This document shows positions 27,331 to 40,364 of a stretch of 64,000 nucleotides of DNA, one piece after another. Position 1 is the stretch's first letter. The number at the start of each line of letters is the position of its first letter. Both the position numbers and the translations under genes were made by a program. Source of the DNA: Eledone cirrhosa (lineage: Eukaryota); the NCBI GenBank assembly GCA_964016885.1, contig OZ024740.1, positions 167,028,001 through 167,092,000 of the forward strand, written 5' to 3'. The notes under the pieces are model-generated. The model was not told the DNA's origin, did no database searches, and was given only the letters and a program-made list of their open reading frames with translations.

Positions 27331-27850
27331 TAGAACATGCCAGACAACAACATGACGGTAACATAGACAACATAGAAATTAGAATAATATCTAAACATAG
27401 AAATGACCCAGCAGATAGGCAAATCAGAGAGGCCAGTGAAATAGAAATTAGAAGACCAAGACTAAACAGAAAGAATGAATGGAATAACAACAACACCCAA
27501 ACAAACAACACTGACCTAAGAGAAGTATAAATAAGTAAATAAAATAAAATAAAATAAAATAAATAAATAAATAAATAAATAATTACACAAGCACAATAAC
27601 AACAAACACATAAACACACATTAGTCACCCAATCACGAACACACATCACACATCAAACAAAACACTATACACACACGCAAACGTATGCGCAGAGAAGACA
27701 AAATAAAATAAACAAACAAGCAAATAAATAAATAAATATATAGACAGACTGAATAAAAATGGCGTAGCCATACAATTCAACAGGAGGAAACAATAGAACC
27801 ACTGACGATGTTGCAGATGTGCAACGAAAGATTTATGATAAACTATATAT
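27331..27850 (+). mobile_element. PLE 3' fragment: GIY-YIG C-terminus, 3' UTR and HHR at 27798-27839
   Basis: EHARQQH...RQIREASEIEIRRPRLNRKNEW, followed by CTGACGA-T-GTTGCA GATG TGCAAC-GAAA-GATT-TA. Confidence 0.7.
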
Positions 27851-27864
27851 ATGTGTTTCGTTTC

Positions 27865-28506
27865 TGAATTTGTTTAGCAAGATTCTTTATCTGAAATCGT
27901 GTGTTGAAACCGATATTGTTAAACTTTGGGAGGGTCATATTGCCAATAAGAAACACACGCACCAGTTGCTTTCACTTCAATTTATTAAATTTATTATTAT
28001 AATAAATTTATGAATTTATAAATAGGACAGAACAAAGGAGAGGCACAGAAACAAAGAAAGGAATCCCCAGTCACTGAAGAGGTCACAGAGTGTGTGACGA
28101 AAGAACTATGACAATATATAAACAACTATCTGGTTGTGGAACCAACCAACCAGAAATTTATAAATTTATAAATTTATTATAATAAATTGCAGTGAAAGCA
28201 ACTAGTGCTTGTGTTTCTTATTGGCAACATGACCCTCCCAAAGTATAACAATATATATATGTGTTTGTGTCTATATTGTATCTGTATTATTTTTGACCGT
28301 CGGTCAGTCAATGGCAACAATGAGGACCGAGTATATTATATTATATTAGATTACCGATATGAAAGACACAGAAGCGAAAAGCGAAAACCAACCAAACATT
28401 GAGTGTGTTCTGTTATTAATTCTGGCAATATTACACAAATATTACCCTCTCTAAGTATAACAATATTTGTTTCGACACACGATTTCATATAAAAAACCTC
28501 GCAAAA

Positions 28507-28512
<6 letters not shown>
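27865..28512. mobile_element. Foldback or MITE-like inverted repeat element
   Basis: 27915-28020 pairs with 28157-28253, and 27865-27940 pairs with 28438-28512. Confidence 0.65.
28070..28112 (+). ncRNA. Minimal type I hammerhead ribozyme in the foldback spacer
   Basis: GTCA-CTGAAGA-G-GTCACA GAGTG TGTGAC-GAAA-GAAC-TA-TGAC. Confidence 0.8.
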
Positions 28513-28575
<63 letters not shown>

Positions 28576-28742
28576 TTATTAAAATAACAGATTAAAGTTT
28601 AAGCAAAGAATAGCTGCTTTCACCCTTAACGGGATCTTCTGAAACTAACAAAGTCAATCTGCAAACGCAGAAGTGGATATTTAAAAAAACGTTGCAACCG
28701 CAAAAGACAGGAAGACGATACTTTGGTTCGTGGAAAAGTTCC

Positions 28743-29145
28743 CTGGCAAAGACCGGAAAAAACGAATATAATACGTTATTAATAGGAGCGGTGAAAAACA
28801 ATTACGCGCAAAGACAGAACCACGTTTATGGTATAAAAGAGGTCGTAGACTAATGTTCTCTTAGGTGGTTCATAGAGACGTTCTCTGGCAATGACCGAAA
28901 AAAAACGAATATAATACGTCATTAATAGGAGCGGTGAAAAACAATTACGCGCAAAGACAGAACCACGTTTATGGTATAAAAGAGGTCGTAGACTAATGTT
29001 CTCTTAGGTGGTTCATAGAGACGTTCTCTGGCAATGACCGAAAAAAAACGAAGATAATACGTCATATGTGGAGCGTGGTGAACAATTGCACGCAAATACA
29101 AAACCACGTAAATGGTATAGCAGAAGTCGTAGACTAAAATTCTAA
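28743..29145. repeat. ~143-bp tandem repeat x 2.8 in the PLE 3' UTR
   Basis: CTGGCAA.GACCG starts at 28743, 28885 and 29028. Confidence 0.9.
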
Positions 29146-29733
29146 CTAGGAGACCGAATGAATCTCCGCTTTAGAGTAAATAAATACAACAAAGTAAATA
29201 AATACAATACAGAGGTAATAGAAATTAAATAAATACATACACTCATACAAATACGTACATACACAAGCATACGCGTAAACCCTTACCATAGGTATACAAA
29301 ACCACGCACATATAAATATGTGTGTGTGTGTATGCGTGTATACAAATAAATAAATAATTAAATAAACGTATATAAATAAATAAATACGTATATAACAAGC
29401 GTACACACATACCTATATATAAATACACAAATGTTCGGAGACGTAAATCATCCAAAACATGAAGTACACATATACACACACACTACATACGTACGAACCT
29501 GCATACTCACACAGACGCAAAACTCCCGTATACATATAAGCAAACCATATGTACCAGAATATATAAAATTATACGCCATAATATATACAATCAAATATAC
29601 GTACGAGAAGTTATACGTACCTTCACAAAACATACAGGTAATATATACTTACCTATGCAAATAAGTAATGGTATAAACAAAACATATACTTAGCTACCAC
29701 ATGAAGACGTAAAATATCTACGTATAGATCGTA

Positions 29734-31864
29734 CTATCCGTTAGGGTATAACGTGGGGCTGTAATACAGGAAGGTTTTGTGCAATTTATGTTTACAAGCC
29801 GAAATTGCCTCAGATTTTTTGTTTAAGTTGTGGTCTGTGGCGTAGAGTATTTCCAGGGCCTCAGCGGCGCAGAGGTCACATGGTCTTTTATTTCCGTTAT
29901 ACGATCTAGCTCTAGCTAGGATCTCCCAGTGTAACTTATACTGGGTGTGGTTGTCTTTTAGACTCCAGATATAAACTGAAAGTGACGTCATATTCCTTCT
30001 TAGAGGGTAACGAAAAGAATGGGTATGCATGTAAAGACCCGATTTGAATCTATTGGCGGTCAACCTTATGTAGGCCCTATGGGATATGGGTGTTTCAACC
30101 TTACATTTGTAGACAATGTTACTAGAGAGGCATTTCCCGGATAGAGGGCAATCAACCCGATTCCTACAATTACTGTTAGTACTAACTACAGGGTTGCACT
30201 TGTTCCTACGGCTAGGTAGTTTAGCTAAATTTGAACCTGTGATGTTATGTGCAAGGTTAGGAGACGTAGAGTAAGAAATGTTAATAGTATTTCTATTAAA
30301 AAGTTTACTATATTTATGTGTAGGGGGAAAATGCTTCGTAATAAGGGAAAAAAGATCTTAGCTAATGGTGTGGCCACATCGATATTACATGGTGGGTTAT
30401 ACCAACAAATGCTACGGAATCTATTTCTTCTAGGTCTATTTTCGTACTCTGTATATGCTACCTTATCGACAAATCCACTCCGAGCAAGAGCTTCATTGTA
30501 ATAAGTCGAATGGTCATTGAAAATATGCTCGTTAGAAGATAGACGGGAAAGCATCAACGAAACGTTTCTTACCAGGTTCTTGGTTATCCTGGCAGGATGG
30601 TTGGAATGCTTACATATGTAATTAAGCGTATCATTCGGCTTTCTATACGGGTAATACAACCCATTCAATAAATTGAGGGTAACGTCGAGGTAATTAACGA
30701 CCGAGAGATTGGCCTCAACCTGTATAGACAGGTTGAAGCCTTTAAAGAAGGCTGTAAGTTCTTTTCTGAACATGCCGCAAGTACGAGGTCCGCACTTAGT
30801 CATGGTCAAAAGACCATCATCACGGTACAAACCACCGCCCGCGTAGGGGAATTCGTCTCTGATAGAGAAAAGAAGGAAAAGGCCGATAAGATCAGTAACC
30901 TCCGCAGAATCGCTGGCGCCCATACTCACGTCGAATGGGGTACTATTGGATTTTTTAATCCAAATAGAGTCGTCGAAATTAATCACCGACTTACGGGCAT
31001 TGAGAATGACATCAACTTCGAAATCCTTAACCACTGTGAGTCTTTTAGCGAAACTGATAGCTCTAAGGAGAGGTAGTAAAGTGATGGAGGAGTAGTAATT
31101 GTTGATGTCGAATTGGATAAAACGGCAATGTTCCTTGTTACATATGCAGTTGAACCAATCAATCACCGCGAAAGAATTGTTCCACAGTGCAAGAGGGGCC
31201 AAACTTCTAATTTCAGGTATAATTCTATCAAGAATCGTTTTACTAAGTCTACCTAAATCGGACTTCGTAGGGTTAATAAGCCGAATAGAGGGGTTGTTCG
31301 GAAAATTGGATTTGTGATCCTTCAGGGTAATGTGGGGAGAAATAGGGTCCAGAGGTTCGCTCCGTTCCAGGATGTTGAGATCAGATGTGATATTATACCC
31401 AGCAGCGTTGATTTCATTGATGACGCACCGATTAGTTTAACCTTAATCCTTAGTTACAGCATTATGTAGTAGTTGGTGGTAAGTACTGCGCTCCACTTGA
31501 TATATAAGTTGCCAGTTGTGTCGGAATGGACGTGCACGGCATTAGAATCCTTAATAGAACGAATTCTATTCTTCAGGTCCTGCTGGAAGGAATTGCTTCT
31601 ATTCCGAAATTTGATACTCCGTATGAGTTCCAAGACATCATTTTCGAAGAGTAGCCATGCTGGGTTACACGGAGGGTTATTATAGGTTTGAAACCCAAAT
31701 GTATCCTGTTTGTTGTCAGCTTTTCGCGGATTATCGAAATAAAAGGCACGCCAACGCAACCTTTTAATGAACGCGTCTGTTTTCTGTATCAGGACTTTTA
31801 GGTATGTTTTCCTGCTTGGTACGGGTATGTTCTTTGTAGAAATATCCAGATCATGTTTCTGCAT
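29734..31864 (-). pseudogene. Frameshifted PLE RT + C-terminal GIY-YIG-type endonuclease
   Basis: STKNIP, KRLRWRA, IQFDINNYYSSI, SMGASDSAEV, GLYRDDGL, NYLDVTL, WYNPP and CDLC..E..LNKKSEAISACKH. Confidence 0.9.
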
Positions 31865-32423
31865 GATGAATATAAGCCAATAGAGTGCTCAACCGAGGGA
31901 GCCAAAATGTAATAATAATAAATTTGAAGACTAAAATCCAAAGAGGGCTCGATAAGGATAAATATATATCACATATATAAGAAGCGTAGAGAAAATATTT
32001 ATTAAAATAACAGATTAAAGTTTAAGCAAAGAATCGCTGCTTTCACCCTTAACGGGATCTTCTGAAACTAACAAAGTCAATCTGTAAACGCAGAAGTGGA
32101 TATTTCAAAAAACGTTGCAACCGGAGGAAGACAGGAAGACGATACTTTGGTTCGTGGAAACGTTCCCTGGCAAAGAACGGGAAAAAACGTCTCTATGAAC
32201 CACCTAAGAGAACATTAGTCTACGACCTCTTTTATACCATAAACGTGGTTCTGTCTTTGCGCGTAATTGTTTTTCACAGCTCCTATTAATGACGTATTAT
32301 ATTCGTTTTTTCCCGTTCTTTGCCAGGGAACTTTTCCACGAACCAAAGTATCGTCTTCCTGTCTTCCTCCGGTTGCAACGTTTTTTGAAATATCAACTTC
32401 TGCGTTTACAGATTGACTTTGTT

Positions 32424-32474
32424 AGTTTCAGAAGATCCCGTTAAGGGTGAAAGCAGCGATTCTTTGCTTAAACT
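32424..32474 (+). ncRNA. Hammerhead-like motif with CAGAAGA core (copies at 28596-28646, -, and 32019-32069, -)
   Basis: AGTTT-CAGAAGA-TCCC GTTAA GGGT-GAAA-GCA..TGC-TT-AAACT. Confidence 0.7.
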
Positions 32475-32485
32475 TTAATCTGTTA

Positions 32486-32523
<38 letters not shown>

Positions 32524-32531
<8 letters not shown>

Positions 32532-33960
32532 GAAATATAAGAATCAAAGAACTGTTCAAAACATTTTTATGCTTACAACCGTTTCCTCCAAACCGAGGTT
32601 CGGAATCTTCGGAGCAATTTATTAATGAGTGAGCAGTTATGTGACCTCCTTTTCACCCAAGAGACATATAGATACATATGCAAATATTGTGGGTCAACAT
32701 TCATTACAGCATTTAGAGTGGCAGTACACACTTAGAGATTACATTCATATTAAAAGATACAATCAAAAATACAAGTTAAAATACAACATGAAAATAAGCG
32801 GTTATATAGTGCAAATGTTATATGTGTGGCAAGCACGTGCGTCTTGTATATATAGTGTGGCAGAGAGTTACGTGTAGTAGAAGCACTTAGGTAGGTAAAC
32901 AAGAGTGTTAGGTTGGTTGATCTGGTGGCAAATTCTTTATATGATTGTTATAGTGTGTGTGTGGAGAAATGATATAGGCATTAAAAATAGTGCAAGCATT
33001 AAGAATATTAAAAATATTAAAACTATTGGAAATGCACAGCGAAGGGATGTTATGGACTTCATGTACTTCGACATTTTCTTAGTCAGGGGAGTGTATTTTT
33101 CAGATTATATGCCCTCACATAATCCACGACAATTCGATATTGAACGTTTGACAATCTAGTTAGAGAATCGTAGTCTGATGTTCTTTAGTTCAATACAGGA
33201 GGATGTTACGTTTCGAGAATCGACATTGAAATACTACCCGGAAGTGTGTGTGTGGCTAAGGGGAGTTAATGCATGAGGGGAGGTAACTCCGAGGTTTCTA
33301 TTACTAACTATTAAATGTGTCTCAAAACAGATCCTAATTTCTATGGTTATGCGCAACTTCTAAAAAATTCCTAAAGTATAAAGTGTTTTAACTATAGAGT
33401 AGTCTATTAAGTTGTGCTGAAGGTGTTCGTATTATTATGGTGAATTGACCCCCATCGTAGAGTGCCACAAATCAATATTATAGACGACGAGCGAGGATTG
33501 TAAATTAATGATCTCTTTGGTTGTAGTCCACTCATAGGACCAGGCGCGGTGATTGCAGAATTACTTCAACACACAATGATCTCTGGTAAGCTCTGGGTCA
33601 TCGCTTGCTACATTGGATGTCGAGAGATAATCATCACCAGGGCCGACCAGAGGTCAATCCGCAGTCCTCATGACCCCACTCTGACCAGCAAATCATCCAT
33701 ATATGTACAACCCGTACGCCAGTTGCAATACATTCATTCTCTGCACTCAGCGTACCGGTCATACTGCTCAACAGCGTTACTAGATTAAATCGTTTTTCAT
33801 CTGTCCAACGAAGGCACTTCCTCCGCACAACACTAACAAGACAATCAATTCGTGCTTAAATTACCTATAGATCGGTGTAGTGCAGTTCAAGTGGGTGGTT
33901 GTTGTCACACCTAACGTAGAGGTATAAATGGGTATTCGCCCTGCGAAGGGTTCAAGAGGG
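32524..33960 (-). mobile_element. Highly decayed PLE-like 3' portion with HHR-like motif at 32570-32616
   Basis: Minus strand TGCT-CCGAAGA-TTCCGAAC CTCG GTTTGGAG-GAAA-CGGTTG-TA-AGCA next to TA. Only a faint GIY-YIG-like translation near 33450-33560, and the right boundary is uncertain. Confidence 0.45.
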
Positions 33961-34044
33961 ATGTCGCTTTTTGTGTTATATTAGATCACACACATATATA
34001 TATATATATGTGTGTGTGTGTATATATAATAATAATAATAATAA

Positions 34045-36718
34045 TAAAATGTCACACGAGTTGGAATATATATATAAATATGAAAATAGGGAGAAAAAGA
34101 TGTTTATTAGGGAGAAAAATACATTTTTTCCCTTTTATTTTTCTCTCTTTTTTCTGGGTTAGAAAATGTTTAAAACAAAATATTTTACATTGTGTGAAGT
34201 GTTAAGTTATTAGTTAATTTATTTATTAATTAACAATGGCATTTATTTATTTATATATTTACCGGTTTCAGCATTTTATGCATTATCAAAGGGGGGAATT
34301 TGTATTGGTGTAAAATGTTGGTGAAGTTGAACATGTTAAGGAAATGGTGAAGAAAGAATAATGTTATTTACTAACAAGGATTTTGAAGTGAGAATAAAAA
34401 ATAAAAAAAGGATGAAATGTGGAACATGATAAGGTAATGGGAAAGACAAACTAATATTATTTACAGTCCTTGAATATAAGCAGTTCAAAATGTGTTATTA
34501 TGGCAATAGTGCTTAGTTGATCCATAATGGAGGCAAATGGTACACTGGGGTTTGATATGATTTCCCTTTTTAGAAAGTTAATATGCAGGGGTGGGGGTGG
34601 GGCAATTCAGGGTGGTCAGGTAGGAGAGAGAGAAATGAGAGGGGGTAACTCATTTATTAAGAAAAAGGATTTTGGTATGGCGAGGGTGGCACGAGTTGAA
34701 TGGAAGATATAGTTTGGAGTCTGTGGGTTTTGTAGTATATGTCTGTTTCTATGTTGTTGTTTGTTTTCTTGATGAGGATGTCGAGGAAAGGGAGTTGTTC
34801 ATGGCTGTAATCCATTGTGAATTGTAAGTTTGTGTTGAGTCCATTTAGAAGGGTTTTAAACTCAATCAGACTTTCTATACTTTCATGCCAGAGGATGAAG
34901 CAGTCGTCCAGATATCTCTTCCAGTTTTGTTCTATGTGTATGTAGAAGTGGTTACCGATTCTAAAACTTTGCGGTAGAGAGTGGTTTCGAAATCTCCCAT
35001 GACAAGGTTAGCGTATGAGGGGCTACTTTCGTGCCCATGGCAGTCCCAGATTTCTGTCTGTAGTATTTGGTATCAAATTCTAAGAAGTTGTTTTCCAAGA
35101 TGAATTTGAGTCCCTCAAACACAAATTCTTTAGGGATGCGCTGTGGAAGTTCACTAGGGAAATTTTAAAGCCAGAATTGTATTGCCTCTATACCTAGGTT
35201 GTGTGGGATATTGGAATATAAATTGATGACATCAAGGGTTACTAGTAGGGTATGTTCCTTATTAAGTGTTGTGGGAGGTCGTTGAGCATGTCAAGGTCGT
35301 CCATTATGAAGCTTTTTATGTGTTTTAGGAAAGGTTTAAGCAGAATATCTAGGAAGTTGCTTAGGCGGTGGGCTTCACATGTGGTATCTGCTATTATGGG
35401 TCTTAATTTAAGGTCATCAGGAGAGGCTATATTGATGTAAACGTCTGTGGCTTGCTTGCAGGCCCTACCTATTACTTCGCTTTGGTGTGTCTTGGGCATA
35501 CCGTAGAAGAGGCTGGTTCTGCTTTTGAAATTGGTGATGTAGTTGTATTCCTTGTCTGTAAGGCCTTCTTTGTAAAGGGTTGTTAGGGATTTTAGGTTTC
35601 TCATTATTTTCTGTTGTGTGTAGTGTTGGGCCTTTTCATAATATGTTTGGTTTTCTAGAGTTGAGAGTACTAGACTCGTGTAGTGATCTGTCCTCATAAG
35701 GATTACTGCACTCCCTTTATCCGCCTCTTTTGATTGCTAGGGTTTTGTCATTCTTTAGACTGTTAAGACCATTCCATTCTTTTTTGCTTAGGTTTGGTTT
35801 TTGTTTATGTCTGTGTAGGTGGTGGTATGGGTAATTAGTAATGTGTTCGCAGAATTGATCGAGGAATTTGTTCTAGCCTTTTGGTGGGGTGTAGTTGCTT
35901 CTATTTCTGGCTATTGAGTCATCCTCATTGTATTTGTCGTATAGTTGCACGCTGAGTCTTAGTTTTCTACAAAATTCTGCAGTATCTTCCTTCATTTCGG
36001 GGTAGTTTGGTCGTTGGGGAGTTGGTGTAAATTTCAGACCTTTGGAGAGTATGTTGATTTGGTCTGTTGTTAATTCTTTAGAGGTTAAATTAACGATTTT
36101 TATTACATTTTGTGTCTCCTGTGTGTTAGTGTTATCTTGTTACTCTGTGTCTGTCTGCTGCGTCTAAAAAATCACTACGGTAGTTGTGGTGGTTGTTGAA
36201 GTTTGGATGTCCCTTATGGTTGTATTGGCCCCTGATGTTGTTGTTAGAGGGTGTGTTGCTGTGGTGGTTGTTGAATTTTGGTTGTATCGTGTGGTTGAAT
36301 TGAGCCCTGCTGTTGTTGTTGTAGAGTGTGTAGATTTGATTGTCGTGGTTATAGGGTGTGTAGTTGTGGTGGTTGTTGAAGTTGGGTTGTATCGTATGGC
36401 TGTGTTGAGCCCTGCTGTTGTTGTAGGGTGTGTAGACTTGGTGGTAGTTGTAGTAGGGCTGTCTTGTGCGGTGTTATTGAGTCCTGCTGTTGTTGTTGTA
36501 TGGTGTGTAGTTATGGTGGTTGTAATGGTTAGGGTGTCTCGTGTAGTTGTATTGTCTCCTGCTGATGTTGTTGTAGTAGGATGTGGTTAGTGTAGGAGGG
36601 TAGATTGGGGTTTCCTTATAGTCGGGGTGTCGTTGTGAGACCCTATGTGGCATGTGTGGTAGTTGTGTATTTTGGGTTCTATGTTGAAAGTAATAATTGT
36701 CTTCTCCCTATTTTCATA
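34045..36718 (-). mobile_element. Decayed Neptune-type PLE (frameshifted RT, most of EN deleted)
   Basis: LSKGLKFTP, FYGMPK, LKLRPII, SGTAMGT, WKRYLDD and PFLDILI remnants, homologous to 14841-17111. HHR remnant at 34256-34293 and a short inverted end at ~36695-36718. Confidence 0.9.
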
Positions 36719-36736
36719 TATATATATATATATATA

Positions 36737-36779
<43 letters not shown>

Positions 36780-36863
36780 GTGGATCGGTTGTACAATAGG
36801 ATTTATTCAAATATTTAACAAATGTTTCATTCGTCTCGATTACCTTAAAGAATATCTCGTTAA

Positions 36864-36910
<47 letters not shown>

Positions 36911-37489
36911 CATAAAAGTATATATGTTCAATTGGCCTGTCCACAATTTGCGTCTACCAAATCCTTTCAAGTCCCTGTAGAGGACACTAGTTCACATTGA
37001 AGTGAAATTGTTTAACAGATTCACCCATGCACCGCCACTAAAGGGTTCTATGCTTCGGCTTATAGATTGACGTCTTACACAGTGAAACATGTAGATAAGC
37101 CTGCATTTCATATCAAAGGCATGCCTACTACATATCATTGTGCAATACTGCATGCCAAAGGTTAACCGAAACGATGCAATCACCCCAAAAAATAACACAC
37201 GTACATTTGCAAGCTCACATAGGAGAGACATAAGCATTTCTTTACCAAATCATTTCTTTGAGCATCCATACGATGTTATTATTTAGACTGGTGCTTTTTG
37301 TTGTTGCTGAGTATGATGACAATCTTCATGACAATTGTAATGAAGACGATGACCCAATGATGCATTAAAATGCTTTTACATTGAATTAAACATTATAATT
37401 TGTGTTGGTCTAAAATGTACATAAATGTTTTAAAATGATACAAACTACAGCTGAACATTCTCAGCGCAACAATATACACAACCCCACAT

Positions 37490-37640
<151 letters not shown>

Positions 37641-38857
37641 TGTGCATCACAATATGTTCGAGAATTTGCTGATTGAATATGGGCACGCTAAATCTAAGGA
37701 GTATTTATCGAATGCCAGTGAACGACAGTGTTACATTGCGGTCAAACGAAGTCAAAATCAATGACAGAAAGTTGTAAATCACTAAAGAGTGGATAAAACA
37801 TAGACCACTTGAAAGGAATTCTACACTGATTATGAGGATTTAGCTGACCGTGTTCCATTAATTAATTATCTTGCTGTTCTTTTCCATTAGTGCTTTTAAG
37901 AACCCTTTTCAAATTGTCCGTTAGTTACGACTTGTAACAATAATATAGCAATCCAATACTAAAACAGTACAATTAAAGTAACTTTATCTACACGCTTCTT
38001 CCTTTGGTTATCAATTCTTATTCTTATTATTATTCTTCTTATTATTATTGGTCTGTTCGGACGTCTTTTTGCTCGCTCCTTGTAAGTCGCTTTATTTACC
38101 TGTTATAATTATTTGTTGTTTAATGTTTATTGTTGTATAAGGTATATAAGCGATTGGTCATTGGCCCAAATATTTGAACAATATTTGAACATTTTACTTT
38201 TGAAAAATAAAAAAAAACATGGCTGAGCCAACCCCCACCAACTATATGTCTGCTGCCGTGTGACAACGGCGTAAAAGTTGAGAGGATGGTTACAAACATT
38301 GATACAACAAATACCACCACAAACAACGTGAACAAAGACAAAAACACTGAGAACATTAATTTTAAAAAATTACAAAACCAACTACAATAATAACAGCGAC
38401 AACCAAAATACAGACAACTGAAAAAAATGCCAACACTGAAGATATAAGTAATAGCAATGGCAATTATTTAGATTTGTCACATACAAACATGGATATCCCG
38501 CCATTACCAACGTCAACAGGTGTTAAAGCCGCCATCCCCACCATCACAATGTCAAAAAGAACAACCAACACCACTGATACCACCACCACAGCAACAACTG
38601 AATAAAAAAAATAAATTATTTTCTCGTGATATCGAAATGGATTCTCTGAAAATCGACACTTCCACGCCGAAAGCCACTAACGCCACAACCACCACAACTG
38701 AAACTAAAAATAATAATAACAAAAATAACTATAACAACAACAGCAACAGCAACAGCAACAACAACACCAGCGCAAAAACAAATGTGTCGATTGCTTAGCG
38801 GCACACATAAATGAAACGGTTGATGTAAGCCAGGAATAATCGAATGAAGCCAAGCGA

Positions 38858-39934
38858 ATGGTAAACAAATATGGTTACAGGGTCAGCCTCACCCCACCTA
38901 ATACCATAGAGCATCTGCGCCTATGCACCGTGTCATATTGGACGATAAAAATTAAAACGTGCCGAGTGGAATGGGCATCCGAGTCCCAGATACAAAAAGC
39001 TTTAGGACATGTGTGGGCTCAAAAAACCCACATCAGACGTGGGCAAAAATATGGAACTTTGGGCGTGTTCTTTGAAACCCGACAGGAAGCCAGAGAGCAC
39101 ACCATGGCCCCATTAAAAGGTGACGACTTCACACTCATCCCAATCTATTGTGGTCAGAGGCTGGTAAGGATCAGGGTGACCCAGGTTCCGCTGGCCATTG
39201 AAATTCCCTGCCTAATGGCTGCCGTACTCGCCGACATCAAAGCCGACACTAAAGTATTTGAGGTGATAAAAGTAAAGCAGGAGAACTGGTCCGGATCTGG
39301 GATGAAGCTCCTGATCCAAGCGGACCAAAAAAACATACAGGAAATTCCAGAGGTGATATATCTCAATGACCGCAGCCACCTCGCCGTAATCGTTGATGGT
39401 GGATGGCCTAGGTGTGTCGTTTGTGACGAAGGATCCCACGTAAAGATTTTCTGCCCTCAGGGTAAAACATTGAGGCCACCTGCCATAACCACCCCAGTGA
39501 CTCAACCATCAAAACCTGCAGCAGAAATGCCAGCAACAACTGTAGCAGCAACAACAGTAGCAGCAACACCCCCAGCAACTGTAGCAGCAACAGAAGCAAA
39601 ACCAACACCACCACCACCACCCACCGCGCCAGAATTAGCACCAGCGCCCCCAGCATTCACCACGCCACAACCAAAACCAACGCCCGTGGAGGATTTTCCA
39701 CTCCGCGACCTCTCGCCACTGGAGACAGATTGTGATGACGAGGAGGAGTGGGAAACTGTATCTGGAACAAAGAAAAAAAACAAACCAAAGAAAGAAATCC
39801 ACTTCCTTCGCCCTCCAACAACAAAATCCAGGGCGAAACAAACAAACAAACTAGCAAACAAGTTAAGACAGCTATGTCACCACCCACACCAGCATCACCA
39901 GTCTTATCACCACAAACACCAACACCATCATTAA
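38858..39934 (+). pseudogene. LINE ORF1 with CCHC zinc knuckle and Pro/Thr-rich tail
   Basis: CVVCDEGSHVKIFC knuckle, positioned upstream of ORF2. Confidence 0.75.
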
Positions 39935-40364
39935 CCCCAACACCACCATCACCTACACCACAAAAATGACCAACAAGCGAAACAGAAACAAACCCACAAC
40001 AAACGCAAACAAAACAAAGCAACCAAAACGATACACACTACACAGCATTAAATTTGAACAACAACCAATTATTACACTACATCCAACACAACACCAGCAT
40101 CACAGAAAAAGACTATACAACACCCCAAAAATTCACACCACCCCCACACTTACAAATCACTCGCATCACACAGAAAACGTACACGACACTAAAATTAAAA
40201 TTCCCCAAGGACATCGGAGACTTCCGACAAACACTCTCCAGGAGGATTTATAAAGACATCCTTCCGGAGGGGGCCAAAAACAGTGAGAAGGACGGAAAAA
40301 CCACCCTTCCTCCACAAGAAGTGAGGTAAGTGGTCTTTTTCATCTTTTGCCACTCCTTTTCAAC

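Larger units (their letters stand above)
28571..32492 (-). mobile_element. Near-complete PLE, probably Hydra clade, with a direct 5' pLTR and an extra inverted pLTR
   Basis: 28574-28765 is repeated at 31996-32188, an inverted copy lies at 32186-32492, and both flanks are TA. Clade assignment is from recalled motif style. Confidence 0.88.

Noticed and set aside
28743-29145. CRISPR-like or SECIS-like reading of the 143-bp repeats
   Set aside because: There are no unique spacers or cas genes, no convincing SECIS fold, and no conserved in-frame UGA was established.
36186-36590. Val-rich 134-aa ORF on the + strand
   Set aside because: It is the antisense shadow of the N/H-rich upstream frame of the minus-strand Neptune element.
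36777-36866. Possible HHR remnant in a 90-bp TA insert
   Set aside because: Only a GAAA-stem III half is visible and the 5' core is not recognisable.
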